Positions 10,601 through 21,514 of a stretch of 37,389 nt of DNA are shown in pieces. The position numbers and the translations under genes were made by a program. The stretch is taken from positions 1 through 37,389 of the forward strand of contig NW_024705520.1 of the NCBI RefSeq assembly GCF_018977255.1, written 5' to 3'. How positions within the stretch are numbered: position 1 is the first letter of the stretch; each line of letters starts with the position of its first letter. This DNA is from Callorhinchus milii. Its lineage: Eukaryota. Below the pieces are notes generated by a model, which ran no database searches, was not told the DNA's origin, and saw nothing but the letters and a program-made list of their open reading frames with translations.

Positions 10601-13600
10601 TTGATGCGCATGTTTGTGTCTGTGTCTGTGCGTGTTTGTGTGTGTGTGTGTATGTCAGTGTGTGTTATCCTGGTGTGTCTGTGTATGTTTATGTGTGCGC
10701 GTGTTTCCGGGTGTGTGTGTGTTGGCGTTTGTATGCGTGTCTCTGTGTGTGATAGAGGGAGAGAGAGAGAGAGACTGAGAAAGAGATTGAGAGATAGAGA
10801 TAGATTGAGGGACAGAGGCTGAAAGTCGTAGAGAGAGAGATAGAATGTGAAAGAGATTGAGAGAGAGGGAGACAGAGGAAATATATTTTAAAGTGTAGCC
10901 CATGTGTGTTTTGTGGGGGAAAGGGATACAGAGTAACTGTGAGAGAGAGATTGGGAGAAACTGCGGGAGAGACAAAGAAAGAGACAGAGAGAGAGAAAGT
11001 GACTCAGAGACACACAGTGAAAGAGAGACTGAGGGACAGCCTAACAGACCCGGAGAGAGCGAGACTGACTGTGTGTGAGACAGAGAGGGAGAGAGAAAGA
11101 GAAGGAGACTGAGCAAGAGAGGGAATGATTGTGAGAGAGAGAGACCTTGAGAGAGAATAAGTTATAAAGTGTAGTGACTTTGTTTTGTGGGAGAGGCAGA
11201 TAAAGAACCTTAGAGAGAGAGACTGTGAGACATAGTGAACGACATAGAAGTAAACTGAGGGAAAGAGAGAGAAAGAGGGTGAAAGAAAATATATTATCAA
11301 ACGTAGTGACGGTTTTGTGGGAGAGACAGAGATAGAATCAGAGAGAGAGAGACTGCGATGTGTGTGTGTGTGCACATGTGTGTGTGTGTGTGTGTGCACA
11401 TGTGTGTGTGTGTCTGACACTGGTCCCAGCGCCTTGGGACTTGCTCCCCACGTGAAAGGCTCCTGTATATACATGTCAATGTGTATTGTGTTGTTACACT
11501 ATATTCCCTGTGTTTGTGTCCCTGTGTCCAGGCTGGGGGCAATAATCTGGGAGATTGTGGAGTGAAGCGACTGTGTGAGGCTCTGAGGAACCCGGAGTGT
11601 AAAATACAGAGTCTGGGGTAAGTAACGCACTGTGTCTCCAGAGTCTGAATGACTCCAATATCTCAATGTGTTTATTGTGACTGTCTGATCAGTGCGGCTG
11701 AATATTGTGACAGGAATCGGTGTGACAGTGTGAGGCCACAAGCCATCGTTTACATCAAACTCTCAACATGTGTTAATAAGAAACCATGTGCTGGAAACCC
11801 CAGCTCTAGTGACATGAGGACAGCTCCGACCCCTAAACTGGCTCCAAGCCCCAAACCCGCTCCCATTGTATCTAATCCCGAAGCTCCGGCCCTGGTCCCG
11901 TCAATCCCTCCACACACTGTGGGTTTGTAGTTCTCTACTATTGTCAGCCGTGTGTCTGACACACACAAACCTGTCCTCAGGCTTCAAACTCTCCAAACCA
12001 ACCTCCTGACAGTTCCACATCTGACTGGAGACTTGTGTGTGTGGAGTGGAGGCCATTCTCTCCAGGAAAGGGGAAGCTTTTGATCCGCTGGGAGACTTTT
12101 AAGATAAATTGTGGGTGAATCTAAAAACAGTCTCACTGGGACCTCGGAGCAGTATAGAACTGAGTGTGTTTGTTTGTGTTGATGCGCATGTTTGTGTCTG
12201 TGTCTGTGCGTGTTTGTGTGTGTGTGTATGTCAGTGTGTGTTATCCTGGTGTGTCTGTGTATGTTTATGTGTGCGCGTGTTTCCGGGTGTGTGTGTGTTG
12301 GCGTTTGTATGCGTGTCACTGTGTGTGATAGAGGGAGAGAGAGAGAGAGACTGAGAAAGAGATTGAGAGATAGAGATAGATTGAGGGACAGAGGCTGAAA
12401 GTCGTAGAGAGAGAGATAGAATGTGAAAGAGATTGAGAGAGAGGGAGACAGAGGAAATATATTTTAAAGTGTAGCGCATGTGTGTTTTGTGGGGGAAAGG
12501 GATACAGAGTAACTGTGAGAGAGAGAGAGTGGGAGAAACTGCGGGAGAGACAAAGAAAGAGACAGAGAGAGAGAAAGTGCTTCAGAGACACATAGTGAAA
12601 GAGAGACTGAGGGACAGCCTAAGAGACCCGGAGAGAGCGAGACTGACAGTGTGTGTGTGAGACAGAGAGAGAGAGAAGGAGACTGAGCAAGAGAGGGAAT
12701 GATTGTGAGAGAGAGAGACCTTGAGAGAGAATAAGTTATAAAGTGTAGTGACTTTGTTTTGTGGGAGAGGCAGATAAAGAACCTTAGAGAGAGAGACTGT
12801 GAGACATAGTGAACGACATAGAAGTAAACTGAGGGAAAGAGAGAGAAAGAGGGTGAAAGAAAATATATTATCAAACGTAGTGACGGTTTTGTGGGAGAGA
12901 CAGAGATAGAATCAGAGAGAGAGAGACTGCGATGTGTGTGTGTGTGCACATGTGTGTGTGTGTGTGTGTCTGACCCTGGTCCCAGCGCCTTGGGACTTGC
13001 TCCCCACGTGAAAGGCTCCTGTATATACATGTCAATGTGTATTGTGTTGTTACACCATATTCCCTGTGTTTGTGTCTCTGTGTCCAGGCTGTGGGGCAAT
13101 AATCTGGGAGATTGTGGAGTGAAGCGACTGTGTGAGGCTCTGAGGAACCCGCAGTGTAAAATACAGAGTCTGTGGTAAGTAACGCACTGTGTCTCCAGAG
13201 TCTGAATGACTCCAATATCTCAATGTGTTTATTGTGACTGTCTGATCAGTGCGGCTGAATATTGTGAAAGGAATTGGTGTGACAGTGTGAGGCCACAAGC
13301 CATCGTTTACATCAAACTCTCAACATGTGTTAATAAGAAACCATGTGCTGGAAACCCCATCTCTAGTGACATGTGGACAGCTCCGACCCCTAAACTGGCT
13401 CCAAGCCCCAAACCCGCTCCCATTGTATCTAATCCCGAAGCTCCTGCCCTGGTCCCGTCAATCCCTCCACACACTGTGGGTTTGTAGTTCTCTACTATTG
13501 TCAGCCGTGTGTCTGACACACACACAAACCTGTCCTCAGGCTTCAAACTCTTCAAACCAACCCCCTGACAGCTCCACATCTGACTGGAGATTTATGTGTG

Positions 13601-16600
13601 TGGAATGGAGGCCATTCTCTCCAGGAAAGGGGAAGCTTTTGATCCACTGGGGGACTTTCAAGACAAATTGTGGGTGAATCTAGAAGCAGTCTCACTGGGA
13701 GCTCGGAGCACACTGAATAGTGTGTGTTTCTGCATTTGTGTCTAATCATGAGTGTGTTTCTGTATGTGTGTATGTGTGTCTGCGTGTGCCTTGTTTTAGT
13801 GTGGGCCTGCGTGTGTATCTGTGTTTATCTGTGTGTGTGTGTGCCATTGTGTGTTGGTGTTTGTTTGTGTGTGTCTGTGTGTATTTCTCGGTGCTTTTTT
13901 CTGTGTGTATTTTTGTGCGTTTGTTTGTGTGTTTCTGTGTGTGATGTATTTGTGTGTGAAATTGTGCGTGTTGTGTGCCCAAGTGTTCTGTGTGCATGAA
14001 TGTTCGTGCGTGTGTGTCTGTGTGTTTCTATGTTTGAGTATATGTATGCATGTGTGTGTGCGATAATGTATGTGTATGTATTTTTATGTGTGTGTGAGCT
14101 TACTTGTTCCTATGTGTGTGTATGTTTGAGTTTGTATGTACATGGGTCTGTTTCGGTTATATGTTTATGCGTGTGTATGTGTGTGTTTGTATGCGCGCAT
14201 TTCTTCAACCTGTCCGGCTCAGACATGCATGATGTTGGGACTTCCTCCCTAATCCTGAGATCTTTAACACACTCGGATCAATGATTCCATCCATATTCCC
14301 TACTGGCTTTAGCTCTCGGATGGAAAACAAATTGTGGAAAAATCATATTCTGAAGTAGTTTTTGTTGGTTTTTTACAGTCAAATTATTTATGCAAAACCC
14401 TCCCCCAGAATAAAGTCTACACAGCTTTAGCCCTGAGTTAGCCTGTGTCTGCTCACACACTGCAGTCTGAGCCCTGTAGCTCAGTGGTTAGAGCCCTCGC
14501 CTCGCTAGCGAGAGGGCCTGGGGGTGATTCCTGGCAGAGCAAAACCTTAAGGATGTTTCCTTACTCCACTTGTGTCTGTTTGTCTCGCAGTCAGTCACAA
14601 TCCGGTTGTTAGACGAATTGCAGATCGCGTGTTCAGGGTTAATAATCCCTTCAAATAAATATTTCGTGAGAGATTGAGGGGGACTGAGAGAGAGAGACGG
14701 AAAGAGAGATAGAGAGACAGAAAGAGAGATTGAGAGAGAAGCGGGACTGAGTGAGAGAAAGACAGAGTGATAGCTTGAGAAATAGACACAGAGGGAGAGA
14801 GAGAGAGAGAGAGACTAGGGGAGAAGAAATGTAACGTTCAGTGACTTTTATTGTGAGAAGGACTAAGAAACAAAGACAGAAAGAGAGAATGAGAGATAGA
14901 TAGTGAAGAGAAACTGGGTGAGAGAAATATAGAGCGAGAGATCAAGACAGAGACTGATAGAGAGTGAAACTGGGAGAGCGAGACAGAGTTGGAGAAAGAA
15001 AGAGGGAGAGAAACAGAACCAGAGAGAGACTGAGAGAAAGAAACTAAGAGGGAGACTGAGTGAGAAACACACTGAGAGAAAGACAGACAGAGTGAAAGAG
15101 GATCAGGTAGATGAAATATAACATGTAGTGACTGTATATTTTCTGGGAGAGACTAAGAGATAGCGACTGAGAGCGAAAGAGAGACAGATAAAGACACAGA
15201 GAGACGCAGACAAAAATATATTATAACCAACAGTGACTGTTTCTTCTGGGAGAGCCAGAGCGAGAAACTATGAGCCAGACTGTGAGCGAGAGAGAGAAAG
15301 ACTGAAAGAGAAACTGACAGAGAGAGAGAGTGACAGTCGGACAAAAAGACAGAGACAGAGCGAGAGACTGAATAAGAGAAAGAACAGAGTGAGAGAAACA
15401 GAGAGAGAATGAGAGAGAGGAAAATGTAGAGAGAGTGTGTGAGAGAGATATTACAAAGTTTAGTGACACTATGTTTTGTGGGTGACAGAGAGTGTTAGTT
15501 CGAAAGAGAGACAGAGAGAGAGAGAGAAACAGAGAGAGAGAGAGGCAGTGAGAGAGACTGACAAAGAGAGAGAAATAAGAGAGTGAGAGAAAGAGAGGCA
15601 GAAAGAAAGGAGCAGAGAGAGAGTCAGAGAGGCACTGAGGGAGACTGAGAGACTGGGAGAGAGACACAGAGACGGAAAGACAGAGAGAGGGAGAGAGACT
15701 GAGAGAGCGAGTGACTGAGAGACAGACGGAGAGAGCGAGTGAGAGACTGGGAGAGTGAGAGACTTGGAAAGGGAGACTGGGAGAGACAAACTGAGCGAGA
15801 GAATGAGAGAGAACCAGAGAGCGAGAGATTGAGAGAAAGGAAGAGTGAGAGAGTGGGTAAGGGAGAGTGACTCAGCGACACAGAGTGAGAGAAACTGCGA
15901 GAGAGAAATAGTGATACTGAGAGACACCGACAGAGAAAGATGGTCTGAGAGACGTAGTTTGAGAGAGACAAACTGAGTGAGAGAATGAGAGTGACCGCAA
16001 GAGTTGGAGAGAAACAAAGAGAGAGACTGAGAGAGAAAGTGACTCAGAGACACAGAGTGAGAGAGACTGCGAGAGAAAGAGACAGAAAGATATACAGAGA
16101 TACTGATAGTGAAAGATAGTCTGAGAGACTGAGAGAAAGAGAGACTGAGACACAGATAGAGTGAGCGAGAGTCTGAGAGACACAGAGCGAGAGAGGTTGA
16201 GAGACAGAGGCTGAGAGACTCAGAAAGAAAGAGAGAGAGAGAGAGAGACTGGGGGAAAGGCAGAGGGAGAGACTGCGAGAGAGACTGTGAAAGAAAGAGA
16301 CGAAGAGAGGGAGAGAGAGAGAGAAAGACTTAAGGGCGAGAATGAGAGAGAGAGACTTAGGGAGAGGCAGTGAGAGAGACTGTGAAAGAGACTGAAAGAG
16401 AGAGAGAAAGGGAGAGAGGGAGCGAGAGACATAGTCTTAAAGAGCGACTGAGAGAGCTATTGAGAGAGACTGAAATACTGAGTGAGACGGAAATGGAGAG
16501 AGAATATATGTGTAGTGACTGTATGTTTTGCAGGCGAGACAGTGAGAGACAGAGATAGTGACAGAAAGAGATTGACTGACAGAGAGAGAGATTGAGAGAG

Positions 16601-19600
16601 AGACAGAAAGAGACACTGATAGACACACAGAGAGAAAGAAAGAGACTGAGAAAGATTGATAGAGAGGGAGAGAGAGACTGAGAGAAAATATATTTTAAAG
16701 TGTAGCGAATGTTGTTTTTTGGGGGAATCGTACAGAGTCAAAGAGGGAGAGAGAGAGAGTGATTGGGAGAAACTGCGGGAGAGATAGAGGTAGAGACTGA
16801 GGGAGAAAGTGACTCAGAGACAGAGTGAAAGAGAGACTGAGGAACAGCTTCAAAGAGCTCAAGAGATAGAGACTGAGACAGTGAGAGAGACTGTGATAGA
16901 GGGAGACTGGGAGAAAGAGAGAGACTGTGAGAGACAACATGTTATAATGTAGAGTGACTGTGTTTTGTGGAGAGACAGAGAACGAAAATTACACAGAGAG
17001 AGAGGAGAGAGAGAGAGTCTGTGAGACAAAGTGAAAGACGTAGAAGGAGACTGAGAGAGAGATGGAGAGAGAGTAAGAGAGACAGAGCGACAGACTGTGA
17101 TGTGCCTGTGCGCGTGTGTGTGTGTCTGTCTGTCTGTGTGTGTGTGTGAATCTGTCTATGTCTGTGTGTATGTGTGTGTGTAGTCTCTGTCTGTGTGTTT
17201 GTGTGTCTGCCTGTTTTTGTATGTCTGTGTGTGTGTGAATCTGTCTGTGTCTGTGTGCATGTGTGTGTGTGGTCTCTGTCTCTGTCTGTGTGTTTGTGTG
17301 TCTGTCTGTTTATGTATGTCTGTGTGTGTGTGTGTGTCTGTTGTTAGAAACATTTGCAACTCTCTCCAACAATGTTAGAATGATGCGATTCCAGTTTACC
17401 AATTGGTTGAGTTCAGTCACTTTATTCAGGTCAAAAGAGCAGGTAATACACAAATAAATGAAACAATAAAATAATGCACAAGACACAAAAGTACCGACAG
17501 GATTCCTGTCACAGCCCTGGTCGTGTCCCGCACTGCGCCGCTACCATTTCCGAGAGATATCTAACACACATTTGTTTAAAGACACCTTAATAACTCCAGA
17601 CAAAGCTGTCTTTTTNAAGAAAAACAACTCCTTATGTGGTTATATCCATAATATGTTTCAATTCTCCCTTTAACCACAAGTGTGAACAGACTTTCTGTGT
17701 CCCTGTAAGTCCTGACCTTATGTTGCCGTTGTATTGGGTTCTACCTTCAGTTACTGAGCTTTGCAGCTTTTGCACTTCTATTTTAGATTCTTAAACCACA
17801 CATTAACATTCACCCATGACAACACTGTGTATGTGTATGTCTGTGTGTGTTTGTGTGTCAGTGCATGTGTTTGTGTGTGTGTACGTATGCGTGTGTGTGT
17901 CAATGCATATGATTTTGTGTGTGTGTCTGTTTGCGTGTCTGTGTGTATGTGTGCGTTTGCCTGTGTATGTGGGTCTGTGTGCTTTTGTGAGTGCTTTCGT
18001 AAGTGCGTGTGTGTCTGTGTGAGCGATTGTTTGTGTGTGTATTTGTGTTTGTTTCTGTGTTTGTGTTTGTGTGTTTTTCAGTATATCTATATATAAATAT
18101 TGTGTGTCTCGATGTGTTTATGTGTGTGTCTCTTTCTGTGTGTGTGTGTGGTTTCTGCGGGGTTTTTTGTATCTCTGTGTGTATTTGTGTTCGACTGTGT
18201 TTGCTTGTGTGAACGATTGTTTGTGTGTGTGTTTGTGTGTTTGGTGTATGTATTTGTGTGACTTGGTGCTTGTGAGTGAGTGTGTGTCAGAGCCTTGGGA
18301 CGTCCGACATGAAAGGCGATATACAACTGTAATCTTGTTGTTGTTGTGTGCGATTCTGTATGTGTTTGTGTGTGTTCCTGTGAGTGTATGCGATTGTGTG
18401 TGTGTATCCCAGAGGATCGAGTTCAAGATCGTCGTCCTCACCTTTAAGGCCATCCATGGCCTCGCCCCCTCCTCCCCTCTCTGACCTGCTGACTCCCTAC
18501 CAACCTGCCCGCTCCCTCCGTCCAGTGGGCTCCGGGCTGCTCCATGTCTCCCGCCCGACCCGCCCTCCCATCGGTGTCCGGGCTTTCAGCCTCTCTGCCC
18601 CACACTCTGGGACTCCATCCCACGGTCCCTTCCCCTCACTTCCTCTCTTCTCTCCTTCAAGGTCGGTCTCAAGACCCTTCTGTTCGATCGTGCCTTTGGT
18701 CTCCCTCCCACCTCTCTGCCTTCCCTCACTGCTACCCCACCACTACCCCACCACACGCCATCCCTCCCCCACCCATCCCCACCCCTCCCCCACCCGTCGC
18801 CACCCCTCCCCCACCCCTCCCCACCCCTCCCCACCCCTCCCCCACCCCTCCCCCACCCCTCCCCACCCCTCCCCACCCCTCCCCCATGCTCAGGCCCCGA
18901 CACCTGACTGTTCAGCGCTTTTGGACGTCTGCTGACGTGAAAGGAGCTCTGTAAATGCAATTTTTTTTTATGTTATTGTGTATTTGTGTGTGTTTGTGTG
19001 TGTGTGAGTGTGTGTGCGTGTCTGCGAATGTTTGTCTGTGTGAATCTATGTATGCGTTTTTATGTCTGTGTTTGTATTTGATTTTGTGTTTCTGTATTTG
19101 TCTGTGTGTTTTTGAGTGTGTGTCTGTTTGTCTTCATGTATATTTCTATGTGTATGTGTTTGATTGTGTGTTGTGTTTTTGTGTGTGCGTATTTGTGAGT
19201 TTGTCTTTGTGTGTCTTTGTTTGTGTGTTTCTGTGTGTATTTGTGCGTGTGTTTTCGCGTATATGGTTAAGTATGTTTGTGTATGCCTGTGTACGTGTAT
19301 GTGTAATTGTGTGCTTTTGTTTGTGTTTACGTGTATGTTTGCGTGTGTTTGAGTGTGTCCGTTTGTTTGTATTTGTGTGAGTGTGTGTGTTTGTTTCTGT
19401 GTGTTTCTCTGTTTATCTGTGTCTGTGTGTCTGTATCTGTGTGTGTTTATTTGTCTGTGCGACATGTGTTTGTGTGTGTATGTGTGTGCTTGCATGAGTG
19501 TGTTTGCGTGTGTTTCTGTGTGTGTGTGTTTACTTGTCTGTGGGTCATGCGTTTGTGTGTGTGACTGAGTGTACTTGTCTGTGGGTCATGTGTTTGTTTA

Positions 19601-21021
19601 TGTGTGTGTGTGCATGTATGTGTGTGTTTGTGTGCCATTTTGTTTATGTTTGTATGTGTGCTTGTGTGAGTGATTGTGCTTATGTTTGCGTGTGTGTGTG
19701 TTTGAGTGTGTGTGTTGGCGTGTGGTCGATTTTGTGTGTATGAGTTTGTGAGTGTTTTTGTGTGTTTGTGTATTTCTGTGTGTGCGTGTGATTTTGTGTG
19801 TGTATATATTTGTGTGTGTTTGTGTGTATCTATGTATGTCTATTTATATCTGTGTGTTTGTTTGTATGTGCTGTGCTTCTGTTTGTGATTGTGTGTTTTT
19901 GAGTGTGTCTTTATGTGCGTTTGTATGTTTGTGGGTGTTTATGTGTGCGTGTTTGTCAGTCTGTTTTCGTGTACGTTTGTTTGTTTGTTTGTGTGTGTAT
20001 TTGTGTGTGTTTGTGTGAATGTTTATGTATGTTTGTGTGTGTATGCCTGTTTTTGTGTGCGTGGGGTTTTTTCTGTGTGTGTGTTTGCGTGTGGTTGTGT
20101 TTGTGTGCATATGTGTGCGTTTGTGTGAATGATTGATTGTTTGTGTGTGTGTTTGTTTGCTTGTGTGAGTTTCTGTGTGTGTGTTTGCGTACGTATGTGT
20201 TTGCGTGGGTGAGTTTCTGGGTGTGATTGTGTATGTTTCTGTGTGAGCGCGTTTGTGTGAGAGTGTTTGTGTGTTTGTTTGTCTGCGTGTGTGAGTGTGT
20301 GTATTTATGTGTGTATGTGTGTGTCTGTGTGTGCGTCTCTGTTTATGTGACTCTGTTTGTGTATGTTTGTGTGTATTTTTCTGTGCGTCATGTGTTTGTG
20401 TTTGTTTGTATTTGTGTGTGAGAGTAAGTGTGTATCTACGGCGATGATTTTGTCTGTGTTTGTGTGTGTTGGTGTGTGTGTGTGTTTGTGTGTATGAACT
20501 CCTACAACCTGTCCGGCATCAAACAAACTGTGAGTGACAGTGGGTTATACACAGTGTTTACTCTGATCCCTGTCATGTCTCTGTGTCTCTGATCTCCAGG
20601 TTGGACAGTAACAGACTGACCGATGGCTGCACTGATGCTCTGGTCTCCGCTCTCAGTACAAACCGCTCACTGAGGATCCTGGACCTGAGCTCTAACTCCT
20701 TCACAGACGGCTCTGTCTCCGCTCTCCGCCGCCTCATACAGACCTGCACCAGTCTGGAGAGGATCTGGTGAGTGTTTGTGTCAGTGTTTAATGTGATAAA
20801 CACACAGAGAAAGGGCTGCGTATCAGAATGGGAACAGTTTGAAGGGATTTAATTAGTTGTTAAATTGCGACATGAAAAGTTCACAGTTTATATCATTATC
20901 CCATGGGTTTATTTCCTGTTTAATGTGTTTCAGGCTGTGGGGGAATGGGTTCAGTTCAGACGGAGAGAATCAGCTGAAGTCACTGCGGGGAATCAGAGCT
21001 GAGCTGTCAGTGAGAGTGTGA
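4285..21021 (+). CDS. Multi-exon TRIM (RING/B-box/coiled-coil)-LRR chimeric gene model. Exons: 4285-4695, 4780-4875, 5032-5262, 5711-5733, 7129-7215, 8690-8776, [9864-10032 frameshifted], [11532-11617 frameshifted], 13088-13174, 20600-20767, 20934-21021
   Basis: All exons have AG/GT boundaries. TRIM exon 4 ends in phase 2 and every LRR exon starts in phase 2. Skipping the two frameshifted exons gives an open 425-aa protein. Splicing of the TRIM part to the LRR part is inferred, not shown. Confidence 0.6.
4780..4875 (+). CDS. TRIM exon 2, coiled-coil (96 nt)
   Basis: ttccag|GAACAAGTG...CTTAAG|gtaag. [32 protein letters not shown]. 96 nt, phase 0-0, typical of class-IV TRIMs. Confidence 0.93.
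5032..5262 (+). CDS. TRIM exon 3, coiled-coil (231 nt)
   Basis: ttttgcag|GAACAGGCG...TTGCAG|gtgaag. [51 protein letters not shown]...IFLQ. Typical 231-nt size. Confidence 0.93.
5711..5733 (+). CDS. TRIM exon 4, 23-nt linker microexon
   Basis: tttcatcag|GAGGAAGCTGCTCGGAAGAAAAG|gtatga. EEAARKK(R). A 23-nt phase 0-2 exon is characteristic of class-IV TRIMs. Confidence 0.88.
5810..7075 (+). mobile_element. Degenerate L2-type LINE (RT domain to 3' tail) at the TRIM/LRR junction
   Basis: Broken-frame motifs [18 protein letters not shown]-like, [29 protein letters not shown]. Tail CCTTGGGACTTCC at about 7030. Confidence 0.85.
7129..7215 (+). CDS. LRR exon A (87 nt, RI/NLR-type, degenerate)
   Basis: gtgtgcag|G CAG GAA GAA AAT AAT GTG GGA GAT...CTG GA|gtgagt. 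[28 protein letters not shown]. Contains an N at 7204. Confidence 0.82.
8130..8410 (+). mobile_element. L2-type LINE 3' end, degenerate
   Basis: [14 protein letters not shown]...[11 protein letters not shown] and tail GCCTTGGTACGTC. Confidence 0.7.
8690..8776 (+). CDS. LRR exon B (87 nt)
   Basis: gtgtccag|G CTG CAG GAC CAT AAT CTG...CTA TG|gtaagt. [28 protein letters not shown](W). Confidence 0.85.
9050..9320 (-). mobile_element. Deu-type SINE with truncated head
   Basis: (AAT)n tail at left, CAAAGCGCTTCAC, GGCAGCAAATTGTGCACAGCAA, B-box remnant GGGATTTGAACTCAGG. Confidence 0.82.
9864..10032 (+). pseudogene. LRR exon C (two repeats, 169 nt vs expected 171), frameshifted with TAA at 9922-9924
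   Basis: ttgtcag|[20 protein letters not shown] then, in a shifted frame, [33 protein letters not shown](W)|gtaagt. Adding one A to each of two short A-runs near 9919-9931 restores the frame. Confidence 0.82.
11532..11617 (+). pseudogene. LRR exon D (86 nt, -1 frameshift)
   Basis: gtgtccag|GCTGGGGGCAATAAT vs paralog E GCTGTGGGGCAATAAT. Then [25 protein letters not shown](G)|gtaagt. Confidence 0.82.
13088..13174 (+). CDS. LRR exon E (87 nt, intact)
   Basis: gtgtccag|[29 protein letters not shown](W)|gtaagt. Confidence 0.9.
13720..14200. repeat. (TG)-rich low-complexity tract
   Basis: Degenerate TG repeats. Confidence 0.85.
14469..14570 (+). mobile_element. SINE tRNA-derived head fragment
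   Basis: GAGCCCTGTAGCTCAGTGGTTAGAGC...TTTCCTTACTCCAC matches the 5' part of 24126-24455. Confidence 0.75.
14665..17095. repeat. (GA)-rich satellite-like tract with a recurring GTAGTGACTGT..TTTTGTGGG motif
   Basis: Purine-rich GAGA/GACT repeats with an interspersed ~28-bp motif. Confidence 0.9.
17342..17824 (-). mobile_element. Probable solo LTR (483 bp) with 4-bp TSD CTGT
   Basis: TGTT...AACA termini. CTGT at 17338-17341 and 17825-17828. AATAAA on the minus strand at 17421-17426. Complex sequence interrupting a TG tract. Confidence 0.65.
17829..20495. repeat. Long (TG)-rich low-complexity tract, interrupted by a LINE end
   Basis: Degenerate TG/TGTT/TATG repeats. Confidence 0.9.
18407..18965 (+). 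mobile_element. L2-type LINE 3' end
   Basis: [35 protein letters not shown] and tail CAGCGCTTTTGGACGTC. Confidence 0.9.
20600..20767 (+). CDS. LRR exon F (168 nt, two repeats)
   Basis: atctccag|[56 protein letters not shown](W)|gtgagt. Confidence 0.92.
20934..21021 (+). CDS. Terminal LRR/cap exon G with stop codon
   Basis: gtttcag|[29 protein letters not shown] (TGA at 21019-21021). Confidence 0.88.
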
Positions 21022-21095
21022 CACTGACTGAGGCAGTGACTGTCCACACAGTCTGTGTAATATGGAATATATTCTGGACACTGTAGTGACTGATT

Positions 21096-21101
21096 ATTAA
21101 A
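21096..21101 (+). terminator. Candidate polyadenylation signal ATTAAA
   Basis: Common variant hexamer about 75 nt after the stop codon. Confidence 0.45.
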
Positions 21102-21514
21102 GATGTTGATCCTGATTCCTCTCCCATCTCTGCTCTGGGGACCGTTATTGACACACACCGCCTACGGCCGTGCGGGCGGCTGGAGAGCCCCGACCCTCAG
21201 TCACTGCTAAACTGCTGTAAGCGACCACAACTGATGCACTTTCTCTCACAGTCTCTCTCTCTCTCTCTCTCTCTGTGTCAGTCCCTCTCAGTTTATATAT
21301 TTCCGTCTTTCTATTTCAGGCTCTCTCTTTCGTTGTCTCTATTAGTCTCCGTCTCTCTCTCTCTCTCTCTGTGCCTCAGCCGTCAGTGTTTGTGTTTGAG
21401 ATCCTGAGAGAGAGATCATTCCGAGTGTTCGTGTGTGTGTGAGAAAGAGAGAGTTTGCAGATCGTGTGTTGAGTGAGAAGGAGAGGGAACAGTCAGTGGG
21501 TTTTCGGGAGAGGG

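Larger units (their letters stand above)
9955..13715 (+). repeat. Recent tandem duplication of about 2.4 units (offsets 1585 and 1557 bp), each carrying an LRR exon
   Basis: Near-identical intron sequence follows the donors at 10033, 11618 and 13175. Confidence 0.95.

Noticed and set aside
13720..20500. Many Cys/Val-, His/Thr- and Ser/Leu-rich ORFs
   Set aside because: Translations of TG and GA simple repeats.
4285..21021. Assigning a specific symbol (TRIM39/TRIM69/RNH1/NLRP3)
   Set aside because: These are lineage-expanded families, and orthology cannot be determined by eye.
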